Below are positions 1-12,252 of a DNA stretch of 64,000 nt, in pieces. The notes beneath the pieces were generated by a model that was not told where the DNA came from, made no database searches, and saw nothing but the letters and a program-made list of their open reading frames with translations. Made by a program: the position numbers and the translations under genes. Source of the stretch: an uncultured Candidatus Saccharibacteria bacterium (lineage in GTDB: Bacteria; Patescibacteriota; Minisyncoccia; UBA6257; 2-01-FULL-56-20). The DNA is taken from NCBI GenBank assembly GCA_964484655.1, contig CAZAFA010000001.1:164742-228741 (forward strand), in the 5' to 3' direction. The stretch's first letter is position 1. Each line of letters starts with the position of its first letter.

Positions 1-77
1 TGAGCACGACCAGCCCGATCCCGATGAGGATCAGGATGATCGTGAGCAGCGTCGAGAGCATCTGCGTGAGCTCCATG

Positions 78-281
78 CTACTTGCTCGCGGCGATCATGC
101 GCTCGACCTCCTCGCGCGAGACGAGGCCCTTCTCCCGGATGGCCTTCTCCACCTCCTCGCGAATGACCTGCTCCATCATCGACTTGCTCTCCTTCGCCTG
201 CTCCATGAGCTGGCGGATCTGCTCGGGGCTCATGCCCTTGAGCATGTCCCCCGCTCCCTTCAGCTGTCCGAAGATGCTCAT
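78..281 (-). CDS. small coiled-coil protein (possibly UbiK/BMFP-like), hypothetical
   Basis: 67 aa; non-junk composition; 4-nt overlap (ATGA) with the upstream small gene; motif LVSREEVERM recalled from coiled-coil accessory proteins. Confidence 0.35.
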   Translation of the reverse strand: MSIFGQLKGAGDMLKGMSPEQIRQLMEQAKESKSMMEQVIREEVEKAIREKGLVSREEVERMIAASK

Positions 282-526
282 GAGGCGCTCTCTTCCGCCG
301 CTGCCTCTCCGGCGCCCTCGCCCTCCTGCTCCCCGCGGCCGGCGATCAGGCGCTGGAGCTCCGCGACCTGGTCCGCCTTCTGGCGGGCGAGGTCGTCCCA
401 GAACGAGACAAGCTCCTCGTCCCCCGCGTCCTCGGCGTCCTGCCGGTAGTCGTTGACGATGCGCCAGAGGCTCTTGTGCTCCTGCACGGACTGCATCATC
501 AGGTTGTACACGTTGTTCTCATGCAT
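278..526 (-). CDS. small acidic hypothetical protein
   Basis: internal ATG of the 278..859 ORF (MHENNVYNLMMQSVQEHKSLWRIVNDYRQD...); 83 aa; unbiased composition, unlike the Arg-rich remainder of that ORF; antisense to mscL above position 549. Confidence 0.4.
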   Translation of the reverse strand: MHENNVYNLMMQSVQEHKSLWRIVNDYRQDAEDAGDEELVSFWDDLARQKADQVAELQRLIAGRGEQEGEGAGEAAAEESAS

Positions 527-548
527 GGCCCCAGTGTAGCATAGGCCC

Positions 549-881
549 ATGTTCCGAAGCTTCGCCAAGGAGTTCGAGGAGTTCGCGCTCCGCGGCAATG
601 TCCTCGAGCTCGCGATCGGCGTCATCATCGGCGCCTCGTTCCAGAAGATCGTCACGAGCCTCGTCAATGACGTCATCACCCCCTCGATCGGGGTCCTCCT
701 CGGCGGCCTGGACCTGACCAAGCTGTCGTGGGAGGTCGGCAGCGCGCACATCATGTACGGCGCGTTCATCCAGAGCCTCGTGGACTTCGTCCTCGTCGCG
801 CTCGCCATCTTCCTCTCGATCAAGGCGATCAACCGCCTCACGCGCGGCAAGGCGGTCAAGCTGGATAACCTGAAGAAGTAA
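549..881 (+). CDS. mscL: large-conductance mechanosensitive channel MscL
   Basis: 110 aa; N-terminal ...EFALRGNVLELAIGVIIGASF and the two-TM layout match the MscL family. Confidence 0.9.
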   Translation: MFRSFAKEFEEFALRGNVLELAIGVIIGASFQKIVTSLVNDVITPSIGVLLGGLDLTKLSWEVGSAHIMYGAFIQSLVDFVLVALAIFLSIKAINRLTRGKAVKLDNLKK

Positions 882-921
882 CGTTGCCCTGAGGCGCGTT
901 TTTCCGTACGGTAGACCGGCT

Positions 922-2397
922 ATGCCGAAGGAAAAGAGCGCGTCCCAGCTCGGCGAGACCGTCCTCCGCTTCGACGAGGTCTGGTTCGAGTACGGCAACC
1001 AGAAGCCGATCCTCGACGAGGCGTCCTTCAGCGTCCGGAAGAGCAGCAAGGTCACGCTCATGGGCCAGAACGGCGCGGGCAAGAGCACCATCTTCCAGCT
1101 GATCACCGGCGACCTCAAGCCGGGCGAGGGATCGGTCATCGTCGACAAGGACGCCTCGGTCGCCATCGCGCGCCAGGTGATCCCCCGCGGCGAGCTCGCG
1201 CTCTCCGTCCGCGACTTCTTCGGCTCCGTCTTCAAGGAGGTCCCGCGCGACCTCGACCGCCGCATCGCGAAGGTCCTCGACGCGGTCAACCTCGAGGCGG
1301 ACATCGCGAAGCCAGTCTCGTCCTTCTCGGGCGGCCAGCAGGCGCGCCTGCTGCTCGCGCAGGCGCTGATCCAGGAGCCGGACATCCTGCTCCTCGACGA
1401 GCCGACCAACAACCTCGACAAGGCCGGGATCGACCACCTGGTCGCCTTCCTGAAGGAGGCGGACGCCACGGTCCTGGTCATCAGCCACGACGCCGACTTC
1501 CTCAACGCCTTCTCGACCGGCGTCCTCTACCTGGACGTCTTCACGCGGAAGGTGGAGCAGTACACCGGGAACTACTTCTCCGTCATCAAGGAGATCCAGG
1601 CGCGGCTCGAGCGCGAGCGTCAGGCCAACGTACGCATCGAGAAGGACATCGCCCGGAGGAAGGAGCAAGCCAACTTCTTCGGCCAGAAGGGCGGCCACCT
1701 CCGCGACGTCGCCAAGAAGATGCGCGAGCGCATCGAGGAGCTCGAGGAGGAGAAGGTCGACGTGCGGCGCGAGGACAAGACCATCCGCGACTTCTCCATC
1801 CCCTGCCAGGACGAGCTCGGGCGCGTGCTCGTCGAGTTCAGGTCGCTCGAAGTCATGCGCAAGGACAAGGTCGCTGAGCGCCCGGTGAAGCTCGAGATGC
1901 GCAAGAACGAGCACCTGCACCTGATCGGCCCGAACGGGACCGGGAAGACGACGCTCCTGAGGAAGATCGTCGCGCGAGAGGCGCCGGGCGTCATCCTCCA
2001 GGAAGGCGTCTCGATCGGGTACTACGCGCAGGACTTCAGCAATCTCGACCCGGACAAGACCGTCTACGAGATCCTCCGCGACGCCATCCGCGGAGGCACG
2101 GACCAGGAGCTCCGCAGCCATGCCGCGGGATTCCTCCTGGATGCGCGCATCCTCGCCACGAAGCTCGGCGCACTCTCCGAGGGACAGAAGGGCCTCGTCT
2201 CGTTCGCACGCCTCGCGCTCATCAAGCCGGGCATCCTCGTCCTCGACGAGCCGACGAACCACATCAATTTCCGCCACCTGCCCGTGATCGCAAAGGCGCT
2301 CAGCAAGTTCGAGGGCGCGATGATCCTGGTCAGCCACGTGCCCGAGTTCGTGAAGCAGATCCGGATCGATCACGAGATCGACCTCGGGAAGATATAG
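922..2397 (+). CDS. ABC-F family ATPase (two tandem ABC domains, no transmembrane domain)
   Basis: two Walker A motifs (GQNGAGKST, GPNGTGKTT) and two ABC signature motifs (LSGGQQARLLLAQAL, LSEGQKGLVSFARLAL) separated by a charged linker. Confidence 0.85.
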   Translation: MPKEKSASQLGETVLRFDEVWFEYGNQKPILDEASFSVRKSSKVTLMGQNGAGKSTIFQLITGDLKPGEGSVIVDKDASVAIARQVIPRGELALSVRDFFGSVFKEVPRDLDRRIAKVLDAVNLEADIAKPVSSFSGGQQARLLLAQALIQEPDILLLDEPTNNLDKAGIDHLVAFLKEADATVLVISHDADFLNAFSTGVLYLDVFTRKVEQYTGNYFSVIKEIQARLERERQANVRIEKDIARRKEQANFFGQKGGHLRDVAKKMRERIEELEEEKVDVRREDKTIRDFSIPCQDELGRVLVEFRSLEVMRKDKVAERPVKLEMRKNEHLHLIGPNGTGKTTLLRKIVAREAPGVILQEGVSIGYYAQDFSNLDPDKTVYEILRDAIRGGTDQELRSHAAGFLLDARILATKLGALSEGQKGLVSFARLALIKPGILVLDEPTNHINFRHLPVIAKALSKFEGAMILVSHVPEFVKQIRIDHEIDLGKI

Positions 2398-2421
2398 GAA
2401 GAGCCGCCGGAGCGGCTCTTC
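2398..2421. terminator. about 10-bp GC hairpin (gagagccgc cgga gcggctctt); T-rich on the minus-strand side; bidirectional terminator candidate
   Basis: inverted repeat read from the sequence between the ABC-F stop and the small minus-strand ORF. Confidence 0.4.
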
Positions 2422-2425
2422 TCGT

Positions 2426-2608
2426 TCAGACGATCCCGCCCAGCGGCGGACGCGGGCGCGGCTTCGCGAGCACGCAATAGATGATGCACGCGCCAGCGAG
2501 CAGGATGAGCCCGATGGAGCGCCATGCCGCGAGCGCCTGCGTCCACGCGGTGACGATGCCTGCCAGCAGCGAAAGCAGGCCGATGAATCCGATCAAGCTG
2601 CGTCTCAT
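2426..2608 (-). CDS. small two-TM membrane protein, hypothetical
   Basis: 60 aa hydrophobic ORF downstream of the DEAD-box gene; followed by a hairpin with a T-run on its own strand. Confidence 0.35.
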   Translation of the reverse strand: MRRSLIGFIGLLSLLAGIVTAWTQALAAWRSIGLILLAGACIIYCVLAKPRPRPPLGGIV

Positions 2609-2673
2609 ATGTTCCGTTTTCTCCTTGCCGTTCCGGCTGCCGGGATTATGAGCGCCACGCGCCGCCTGGCAAC

Positions 2674-3942
2674 CTAGGCCCTTCCCCGGTATCCCCCGCT
2701 CCGCTTCCGCGGCGCGCTCCTGGGGCGCTGGTACTGCCGGCTGCGGCGCGCCTTGTGCATGCGGTTCACGTCGCGCTGGATGCCGAATGCTCCCGGGACC
2801 GGAATGTCGGCGGCCTCGACTCCCGGCAGGTCCTTCGGGAGCTTCGAGGTCGGGATGGACATCCGGATGACCCGCTCGATCTCGCGGACGTCAGCCTTCT
2901 GGTCGGGGGCCGCGAACGAGACCGCGTGTCCCACGCCGTCCGCGCGCCCGGTGCGGCCGATGCGGTGCACGTAGTCCTCGGCGACGCTCGGGAGGTCGAA
3001 GTTCACCACGAGCTCGATGCCCCGCACGTCGATGCCGCGCGCGGCGATGTCGGTCGCGACCAGGACGCGGTACGTGCCGCTCCGGAACCCCTCGAGCGCG
3101 TCCTTGCGCTGCGCGAGGCTCCGGTTGCCGTGCAGCTCGGCGGAGGTGAGCCCGAGGCGGCGCAGCTGCATCGCGAGCCGCTTCGCGCCATGCTTGGTCC
3201 GCGTGAATACCAGGATGGCGCCGCGGTACTCGTCCGCGAGCTTCTTGAGGAGCGGCAGGCGCTGGGCGCGCTGCACGAAGAACAGCTCCTGGGTCACCCG
3301 CTCAGAGGTCGTCCCCTGCTGCGCGATCTCGACGCGCGTGGGCGTCTGCATGTAGCCGGCGGCGATCTTCACGATCGCGTCCGGCAGCGTAGCGGAGAAG
3401 AGCATCGTCTGCCGCCTGTCTGGGACCTGCGCGAGGATGCGGTTGATCTGCGGCAGGAAGCCCATGTCGAGCATGCGGTCCGCTTCGTCGAGCACGAGGC
3501 CGCTGACCGTGCGGAGCGAGAGCGTCCGCTGCTCGAGATGGTCGTTGATGCGGCCGGGCGTGCCGATGACGATCTTCGGGCCGCGACGGAGCGCCGCCAC
3601 CTGGCGGTTCATGCTCTCGCCACCGATGAGCGTAGCGAAGCGGATCTTGAGCGGCCTGCCGATGCGCTCCAGCTCCTGGTTGACCTGCAAGGCGAGCTCG
3701 CGCGTCGGGAGGACGACGAGGCCTTCCTTGCCTTGGAGCGCGCGCTGCAGGAGCGGGATGCCGAAGGCGAGGGTCTTGCCCGTGCCGGTCTGGGCGATGC
3801 CGATCAGGTCCTCGCCCGCGAGGGTCGCCGGGAGCGACTGGAGCTGGATGGGCGTGGGCGAGACGAACTTGAGCGCGTCGAGCTCCGCGAGGATGGCGGG
3901 CGCGATGCCCAGCCCGTGGAAGCTGCTAGGTGAATCCTTCAT
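2674..3942 (-). CDS. DEAD-box ATP-dependent RNA helicase with Arg/Gly-rich C-terminal tail
   Basis: Q-motif region, AQTGTGKT (motif I), DEAD, SAT, HRIGRTGR motifs; start taken at MKDSP.. (ORF-table arithmetic). Confidence 0.85.
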   Translation of the reverse strand: MKDSPSSFHGLGIAPAILAELDALKFVSPTPIQLQSLPATLAGEDLIGIAQTGTGKTLAFGIPLLQRALQGKEGLVVLPTRELALQVNQELERIGRPLKIRFATLIGGESMNRQVAALRRGPKIVIGTPGRINDHLEQRTLSLRTVSGLVLDEADRMLDMGFLPQINRILAQVPDRRQTMLFSATLPDAIVKIAAGYMQTPTRVEIAQQGTTSERVTQELFFVQRAQRLPLLKKLADEYRGAILVFTRTKHGAKRLAMQLRRLGLTSAELHGNRSLAQRKDALEGFRSGTYRVLVATDIAARGIDVRGIELVVNFDLPSVAEDYVHRIGRTGRADGVGHAVSFAAPDQKADVREIERVIRMSIPTSKLPKDLPGVEAADIPVPGAFGIQRDVNRMHKARRSRQYQRPRSAPRKRSGGYRGRA

Positions 3943-3985
3943 ATCCGAGAGCCTACCAGCTGCAGCGGCGTGATACCATGCGCCC

Positions 3986-4447
3986 ATGCTCGCTCCCGGA
4001 GACTCCGCCCCCGACTTCTCGCTCCCCGACCAGGACGGGAAGACGCACGCGCTCGCCGACTACCGCGGCCGCCGCGTCCTGCTCTACTTCTATCCCAAGG
4101 ACGACACGCCGGGATGCACGACCGAGGCATGCGCGATCCGGGACGCGTTCGCCTCCTTCGAGGACGGCGGCATCGCCGTGCTCGGCATCAGCGCGGACAG
4201 CGCCGCACGACACCGGAAGTTCGCCGACAAGTACGCGCTCCCCTTCCCGCTCCTGTCCGATCCGAAGCACGCGACGATCGAGCGGTATGGCGCTTGGCAG
4301 GAGAAGCGCATGATGGGCCGTACGTACATGGGCATCGCCAGGATCTCGTACCTGATCGGACCCGACGGACTGATCGAGCGCGCGTACGGCTCCGTGAAGC
4401 CCGCCGAGCACGCCGGCGAGGTGCTTGCCGACGCCGCGGCTTCGTGA
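3986..4447 (+). CDS. bcp: peroxiredoxin Bcp (thiol peroxidase)
   Basis: 153 aa; [19 protein letters not shown] active-site motif typical of Bcp/PrxQ. Confidence 0.9.
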   Translation: MLAPGDSAPDFSLPDQDGKTHALADYRGRRVLLYFYPKDDTPGCTTEACAIRDAFASFEDGGIAVLGISADSAARHRKFADKYALPFPLLSDPKHATIERYGAWQEKRMMGRTYMGIARISYLIGPDGLIERAYGSVKPAEHAGEVLADAAAS

Positions 4448-4464
4448 CCTGCTATACTTCCGGC

Positions 4465-4629
4465 ATGAACTTCGTCATGAAGGAATTCGTCTCTCGCGAG
4501 CACCACGGCCACCGGGGCGTGCGAAGCTCGATGATCGCGAGCGCGCTCGCCGGCTTCGTCGCCGGCGCCGCGGTCGCCAGCATCGTCTTCCTCACCGGGA
4601 TCGCGTTCTCGGTGAATTTCTTCCAATAG
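4465..4629 (+). CDS. small hydrophobic hypothetical protein
   Basis: 54 aa from MNFVMKEF.. inside a longer Arg-rich ORF; C-terminal transmembrane segment; weak. Confidence 0.25.
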   Translation: MNFVMKEFVSREHHGHRGVRSSMIASALAGFVAGAAVASIVFLTGIAFSVNFFQ

Positions 4630-4630
4630 G

Positions 4631-5278
4631 CTAATAGCCGAGCAGGGTACGGATATCAGCTGCGTACGCGATGGCTATAAGCGTCGCGATCATGAACGGG
4701 GCGCCGAGCGTCGTGAGGCTCTTCTTCAGGACGAGCATCCGGAACAGCGAGAGCACGACGAGCGCCACGGCCGCGAGCGGCGCCATGACGAGCGCGTCCG
4801 GCCAGCCGGCCGCGAACACGAGCAGCGCCGTGAGCTCCTGCTCGCCCTCGTCGAGGTAGCGCTCGGACTTCCTCCGGAGCGCGCCCGCGAACGCGTACCA
4901 CAGCCCGGCGAGGACCGTGCCGAGGAAGGGGGCGAGCCAGTAGCGGTCGAGCACGTACGAGACGAAATAGCCGAAGCTCCGATGCGGCGGCAGGAGGAGC
5001 TTGCCGAACGACGAGGCTGCCCAGGCCTGGTATTGCGCCAGCGTCAGGAAGCCGGCGACCAGGACGCTCGCGGCGATCGCCGCGATGCCGATGACGATCA
5101 GAACGCGACGCAGGCGCTCGCTCGGCCTGAGGAGGAGATACGCCGCGATGACGGCCACGGCGACGCCGAGCGAGACCGCCGCGCGCCCGTTGAGGAATAT
5201 CCAGGCCGCCGCGTAGCTCGCGTAGAGGTGATCCATGGCGGCCATTATACCCGAGCCGCATGAAAAGCGAGCCCGCAT
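4631..5278 (-). CDS. polytopic membrane protein, hypothetical
   Basis: multiple hydrophobic helices; no diagnostic motif recognised. Confidence 0.4.
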   Translation of the reverse strand: MRARFSCGSGIMAAMDHLYASYAAAWIFLNGRAAVSLGVAVAVIAAYLLLRPSERLRRVLIVIGIAAIAASVLVAGFLTLAQYQAWAASSFGKLLLPPHRSFGYFVSYVLDRYWLAPFLGTVLAGLWYAFAGALRRKSERYLDEGEQELTALLVFAAGWPDALVMAPLAAVALVVLSLFRMLVLKKSLTTLGAPFMIATLIAIAYAADIRTLLGY

Positions 5279-5305
5279 GATGCGGGCTCTAGGATTGTTG
5301 GTGTT

Positions 5306-5866
5306 TCATTTGTTTGCGGCGACCAGGCTTGCCAGCCGCTCTTCCTGCACCTGCTTGAGCGCCTGGACGGGCGTCTCGCAGGATTCCGACGGTTCCCAGG
5401 AATTGATCGCGTAGCTCGCGAAGAATTCCTCCTGCAGCGGCGTCTCGTCCTCGACGTAGACGTAGACCTCCGCCCAGCGCGTTCCGAACTGGAGCGCGGA
5501 CCTATGCGACGGGAAGCGGATGTCGAATTGCAGGAGACCCTTCCGGGCCATCTTGCGCATCCCTCCGCCCGTGTCATCCACGATCCGGTACTGATTGGCG
5601 ACGCCCGCGACCGGCACGTACACGTACGATCCGAGAGGGACGAGCCAGTTCGCCGAGGCGACCCCGACCGGCTTCCGGGCATCGGTGCCCATCGCCGTCC
5701 TCTTCGCGGCAGCGTACTTCTCGCAGCACTTGCTGCAGGTGCAGTACGCCGTCAGCTTCGCGCGCACCAGGTGGACCCTGGCATCCTTCCTGACCTGGGC
5801 AGCGGCTGCCCCGGCCAATGCGACCACAATGATTATTCCGAATAAAATATAGTTCCTCGTTCTCAA
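5306..5866 (-). CDS. 3D-domain protein (MltA/YuiC-like cell-wall hydrolase domain) with N-terminal membrane anchor
   Basis: LTAYCTCSKCC...VAGVANQYRIVDDTGGG pattern of the 3D (Asp-Asp-Asp) domain; TTG start preceded by GGGAGG. Confidence 0.6.
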   Translation of the reverse strand: MRTRNYILFGIIIVVALAGAAAAQVRKDARVHLVRAKLTAYCTCSKCCEKYAAAKRTAMGTDARKPVGVASANWLVPLGSYVYVPVAGVANQYRIVDDTGGGMRKMARKGLLQFDIRFPSHRSALQFGTRWAEVYVYVEDETPLQEEFFASYAINSWEPSESCETPVQALKQVQEERLASLVAANK

Positions 5867-5914
5867 AATTCCTTACCTCCCTTTCGTTCTGTCCGCTAAT
5901 TGCTTAGCGGATAT

Positions 5915-5943
5915 ATAATACCATAGATATATTGTTCTGGCAA
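5915..5943 (-). promoter_or_regulatory. sigma70-like promoter TTGCCA-N17-TATTAT for the 3D-domain gene
   Basis: hexamers read on the minus strand in the AT-rich gap between uvrC and the 3D-domain gene. Confidence 0.35.
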
Positions 5944-5949
5944 GATGCT

Positions 5950-7143
5950 TCAGAAGAACATCTCCCTTCCGCGGACCTTCCGATGGTAGGCCACGGCGAA
6001 GCGGTGCGCCTCGTCCCGCACCCTGATCAGGGTCTCCGCCTCTATGGCGTGCGGGATGGCGCCTATGAGGTCGTTACGCTTCCGCTCCGCGCCCTTGGCG
6101 ATGCCGACGACGGGCACCTTCACCTGTCGCTCGGCGAGCAGCCTCCGCACCGCGTGCACCTGCCCCGCTCCCCCGTCGATGAGGAACAGGTCCGGGAGCG
6201 GCCACTCCGGATGGTTCAGGCGCCGGTCCAGGACCTCGACGAGCGACGCGTAGTCGTCCGCCCCCTCGACGCGCCTGATCCGGAACTTCCGGTACTGGCT
6301 CTTGTCCGGCTTCCCGTCCGTGAAGACCACCATGGACCCGACGGACTGGTTGCCCATCGTGTTCGAGATGTCGTACCCCTCGATCCGGACGCTCCGCTCC
6401 CGGTCCCGGCGCACCTCCTCGCGCGTGAGGATCGCGGCGTCGTTGACGTGCTCGAGCTGGAAGAGCATCCGCTTGATGCTCTCGGCCTTCTCGAAGTCGA
6501 GCTTCAGCGCTGCCTGGCGCATCTCGCGCCGCAACTGCGCGATGAGCTGCTTCTGCTTTCCGGCGAGGAAGAGCTCGAGCTTGCGGATGCTCGCGCGGTA
6601 CGTGCGCTTGTCGATCAATCCCGCGCAGGTGCCCGGGCAGAGGCCGATATGGACGTCGAAGCAGGGCCGGTCGCCCGGCTTCCCTGCCGGATGCGTCGCG
6701 TACGGGATGATGCGGCGGATGATGCGCATCCCCTCCTTGATCGAGCGCTCGGCAAGGAACGGGCCGTACCGGCGGCCGCGGATCGGGCTCCTCCCGCGCA
6801 CGAACTGGATGCGCGGGAAGTCCTCGTCCGTCACCTCGACGTAGCAGAAGGACGAGTCGTCCTTCTCCATGATGTTGTAGAAGGGCTGGAACTCCTTGAT
6901 GCGCGCGGCCTCAACGATGAGAGCCTCGAGGGCGCTCCCCGTCCGCTCGATCTCGATGCGGTCCACCTCCTGGACGAGCTGGCTGATGCGCCGATCCTGC
7001 GGGCGCGTGAAGTAGCTGCTGACGCGGCGCTTCAGGTTCACGGCCTTGCCGACGTAGATGACCCTCCCCTTCGCGTCGTACATCTTGTAGACGCCCGGCG
7101 TCGCGGGAAGGTCCTCGAAGAGATGCCTCTTGTCGTCGTTCAC
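5950..7143 (-). CDS. uvrC: excinuclease ABC subunit C, short form (GIY-YIG, UvrB-interaction and endonuclease regions; no C-terminal HhH pair apparent)
   Basis: N-terminal GVYKMYDAKGRVIYVGKAVNLKRRV (GIY-YIG); 397 aa against about 600 typical. Confidence 0.8.
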   Translation of the reverse strand: MNDDKRHLFEDLPATPGVYKMYDAKGRVIYVGKAVNLKRRVSSYFTRPQDRRISQLVQEVDRIEIERTGSALEALIVEAARIKEFQPFYNIMEKDDSSFCYVEVTDEDFPRIQFVRGRSPIRGRRYGPFLAERSIKEGMRIIRRIIPYATHPAGKPGDRPCFDVHIGLCPGTCAGLIDKRTYRASIRKLELFLAGKQKQLIAQLRREMRQAALKLDFEKAESIKRMLFQLEHVNDAAILTREEVRRDRERSVRIEGYDISNTMGNQSVGSMVVFTDGKPDKSQYRKFRIRRVEGADDYASLVEVLDRRLNHPEWPLPDLFLIDGGAGQVHAVRRLLAERQVKVPVVGIAKGAERKRNDLIGAIPHAIEAETLIRVRDEAHRFAVAYHRKVRGREMFF

Positions 7144-7176
7144 GAGGCCAGTGTAGCCGTCCGGGCGGCAGGTCGC

Positions 7177-9738
<2,562 letters not shown>

Positions 9739-9779
9739 CGGGATAGTTCCCGAACTATAGCCTGCAGGCCGTCCGCGGG

Positions 9780-10226
9780 CTAGCGGATGACCCGAACCGT
9801 CTCCCCGATCTCGGCCGAGGGAGCGGAAAGGGTCACCTGGCCGGTACTCGTGCTCCGCGAGACCAGGTAGCCGGTGTCGTAGTCGCTCGGGCTCGCGTAG
9901 CGTCCCGCAGGGTCCTTGGGGTCATAGGGCAGCGCGCTTACGTAGGCCGGCACCAGGCAGGGGCCGATGTCGTAGCCGCCGCTCGCCGCCATGCGGGTCG
10001 GGCTTGCCGGGATCGGCCCAGCAGCGCAGATGAAGCTGCCCGTACCGCTCTCGGCGATGTTCTGGCGAATCGCATTCATGAGTGCCTGGAGATGGAGTTC
10101 TCGCTGCGCGTTGCGCGCGCTCGCGACCTGCCTAAATGGATCCATCGCGACCACGACGATGCCGCCTATCATGGCCAGGATCGCGAGGCTGATGACTATC
10201 TCGATGAGGGTGAGGCCGCGTCGCAT
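9780..10226 (-). CDS. type IV pilin / pseudopilin (prepilin-type N-terminal cleavage/methylation motif)
   Basis: MRRG|[18 protein letters not shown]: cleavage-site Gly, Glu at +5, hydrophobic helix. Confidence 0.7.
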   Translation of the reverse strand: MRRGLTLIEIVISLAILAMIGGIVVVAMDPFRQVASARNAQRELHLQALMNAIRQNIAESGTGSFICAAGPIPASPTRMAASGGYDIGPCLVPAYVSALPYDPKDPAGRYASPSDYDTGYLVSRSTSTGQVTLSAPSAEIGETVRVIR

Positions 10227-10235
10227 GCGCTGAGT

Positions 10236-11654
10236 CTACTCCACTTCTCGCCAGCTGAGCAGCGCGTATTGCTCCGAGGCGAGCGGGAACCCTGGCGGAG
10301 GCGCGTACAGGAGCGAGGCGTCGTAGACGAGGCTGCGTGCCAGATACCCGGTGTTGTCGGTATAGGCGAACCCGTACCGTCCGTTGGTGATGATCGACCC
10401 GTAGCTCGTGAGCTGCGCGCGTACGGCGTTGGTGCCGCAGTAGCTGCTCCCGGAACGGTAGTAGTATCGGCCGGCGCGTCCGTTCTGCGCAACGAGCGCG
10501 GCGTCGATCCTGAGGTCGTCCTCGCTGTAGAGGCCGACGTTGAGATTGTTCTGGGCGATGAGCGCGAGCGCCGCGGATCCGTCGTATGCGGCGTAGGTGA
10601 TATCGCCGTTGACGGTTATGCTCGCGTACGTGGCGCTGCTCGCGGGGAACCTCCCCGCAGCGACCGTGAGATGGCGCCCGGAGACCTGCCCGCTCACCCA
10701 GAGATGGTCCTCCACGAAGATGACGCCGCTTGCCGGCAACGGAGCTCCCGTCGACACCGCGGTCCGGTTCTGCACGCTCCAGGTCCCCCATCCTGCCTGC
10801 GACTGCGAGTTCGTGCAGCCGCTCGGCGGATTCCGGAGCGAGGTCACGCGGTACAGGTCGTAAGTCGAGGCGTGCAGGACCAGCTCGTATCCCTGGCTGC
10901 CGGACGGCCCGACGTACAGCCCGCCCGACTGCGCCGCCGCCTTGAGGTCCGACAGGTCCTGCGTGATACCGGCGAAATCGATAGCCGGGAGCGGGAACTG
11001 GCGACCGCCACGGAAGACGTCCTGGCGGGCGGGCAACGCCGCGTTCGGCAGCGGATCGACCGTTCCGAGGTGGGTATGCACGCCGTACTCGTCGGCGCCC
11101 GCATGATCGGGATCGTCGTAGGTCATCGCCGCGCTCTTGACCGCGTTATGCGCTAGCCCGTCGAAGCGTATGCCGCCGTTGCTGAATATCTCGCCGTAGA
11201 CCTCCGTGCCCTCTCCGAACCGCAGCGCCGCGTTCGCCGCGACCGCGTACCGCGCGAGCGACGGCTTCCCGAGCAGTACCTCGATCACCTTGCGGTTCCC
11301 GCTGTCTCCCGCGACAGAGCCGCTGCTCCTGATGCGAACCATGGACGTGCTGGTCACGGGCGTTATTTCAAGCGAGAACGTGCCGAGGACGCGGCCGTCA
11401 CGGGAACGGTACTCGTGCACGTACGGGCCAGGCTGGCCCGTGCCGTCCTGGTAGTCCGTCGGAGCATGCGCCAGGTGCCAGCGGTAGTACTCGATCCCCG
11501 CCTCGGCGATCGAGAAGGCAAGTGTGCGGTTGAGCTTCCGTGTGCTCAGCTCGAGGAACGAGACCGCGAGGAACGTGAAGCCGGTGATCATGACCACCAC
11601 GACGGCGGCGAGTACGAGGACCTGGAGGCTGACCTGACCGTCCTCCCTATTCAT
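10236..11654 (-). CDS. PilX_N-like minor pilin / pilus-associated protein
   Basis: start taken at MNREDGQ..; N-terminal TM followed by LAFSIAEAGIEYY resembling the PilX N-terminal domain; long Ser/Gly/Thr-rich C-terminal part. Confidence 0.5.
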   Translation of the reverse strand: MNREDGQVSLQVLVLAAVVVVMITGFTFLAVSFLELSTRKLNRTLAFSIAEAGIEYYRWHLAHAPTDYQDGTGQPGPYVHEYRSRDGRVLGTFSLEITPVTSTSMVRIRSSGSVAGDSGNRKVIEVLLGKPSLARYAVAANAALRFGEGTEVYGEIFSNGGIRFDGLAHNAVKSAAMTYDDPDHAGADEYGVHTHLGTVDPLPNAALPARQDVFRGGRQFPLPAIDFAGITQDLSDLKAAAQSGGLYVGPSGSQGYELVLHASTYDLYRVTSLRNPPSGCTNSQSQAGWGTWSVQNRTAVSTGAPLPASGVIFVEDHLWVSGQVSGRHLTVAAGRFPASSATYASITVNGDITYAAYDGSAALALIAQNNLNVGLYSEDDLRIDAALVAQNGRAGRYYYRSGSSYCGTNAVRAQLTSYGSIITNGRYGFAYTDNTGYLARSLVYDASLLYAPPPGFPLASEQYALLSWREVE

Positions 11655-12252
11655 CGCGTAGATTGCGGATGACGACCAGCTGGCTCGCGAACGCCGGTTT
11701 CGGGGCCTCGCGGGGTCGCACATCCACGTAGAACGTGACGCGTACCGCGCGCACGGCGCTTGGCTGCGAAGAGGTCGCCGGCAGCGGATCGCCGACGCCG
11801 GCCTGACCGGCGCCGTAATACGCGAACACCGGCGTGCTCGTCGTGCGCACCAGGTCGGTCATGACCGTCGCGACCTGCTCGCTCGAGGTCGCGTATCCGA
11901 GCGGGCTTCCGCTCGGCTTGATAACGCCGCGGACGAGAGTGCTCGTCCCGACGGCGTAGCGGATGCGCTCGACGAGCCCGTCAGCATCGATGTCGCTATA
12001 GAAGACCAGCGTGCTCGTGCTCGCCGACTCTACCGGAAACGCGCCCTGGCTGCTCGGCGCGGCCGATCGGATCTCGGTGACCATCTGATCGAGCATGATA
12101 TCCAGATCCTGGCGCGACTGCAGCTTCTGCCGCACGAGATTCCCGAGCGTATTGACGTTACCCCGTAGGCTCGCGACGACGAACACGAGCACGGCGAAGA
12201 TCGCTGCGGCTACCAGCAGCTCGATCACGGTGAATCCTGCGCGCTTGTTCAT
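11647..12252 (-). CDS. prepilin-type pseudopilin (minor pilin)
   Basis: MNKRAG|FTVIELLVAAAIFAVL class III signal peptide. Confidence 0.65.
   Translation of the reverse strand: MNKRAGFTVIELLVAAAIFAVLVFVVASLRGNVNTLGNLVRQKLQSRQDLDIMLDQMVTEIRSAAPSSQGAFPVESASTSTLVFYSDIDADGLVERIRYAVGTSTLVRGVIKPSGSPLGYATSSEQVATVMTDLVRTTSTPVFAYYGAGQAGVGDPLPATSSQPSAVRAVRVTFYVDVRPREAPKPAFASQLVVIRNLRDE

Noticed and set aside
3970-4629. 219-aa plus-strand ORF overlapping bcp
   Set aside because: It is in a different frame from the well-supported bcp gene and is Arg-rich; only its C-terminal 54 aa (4465..4629) look protein-like and are reported separately at low confidence.
4631-5278. Possible prepilin peptidase (PilD) candidate, since no peptidase accompanies the pilin genes
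   Set aside because: It is a polytopic membrane protein, but neither the A24 catalytic Asp motifs nor the N-terminal Zn-binding Cys pairs were recognisable; left as hypothetical.
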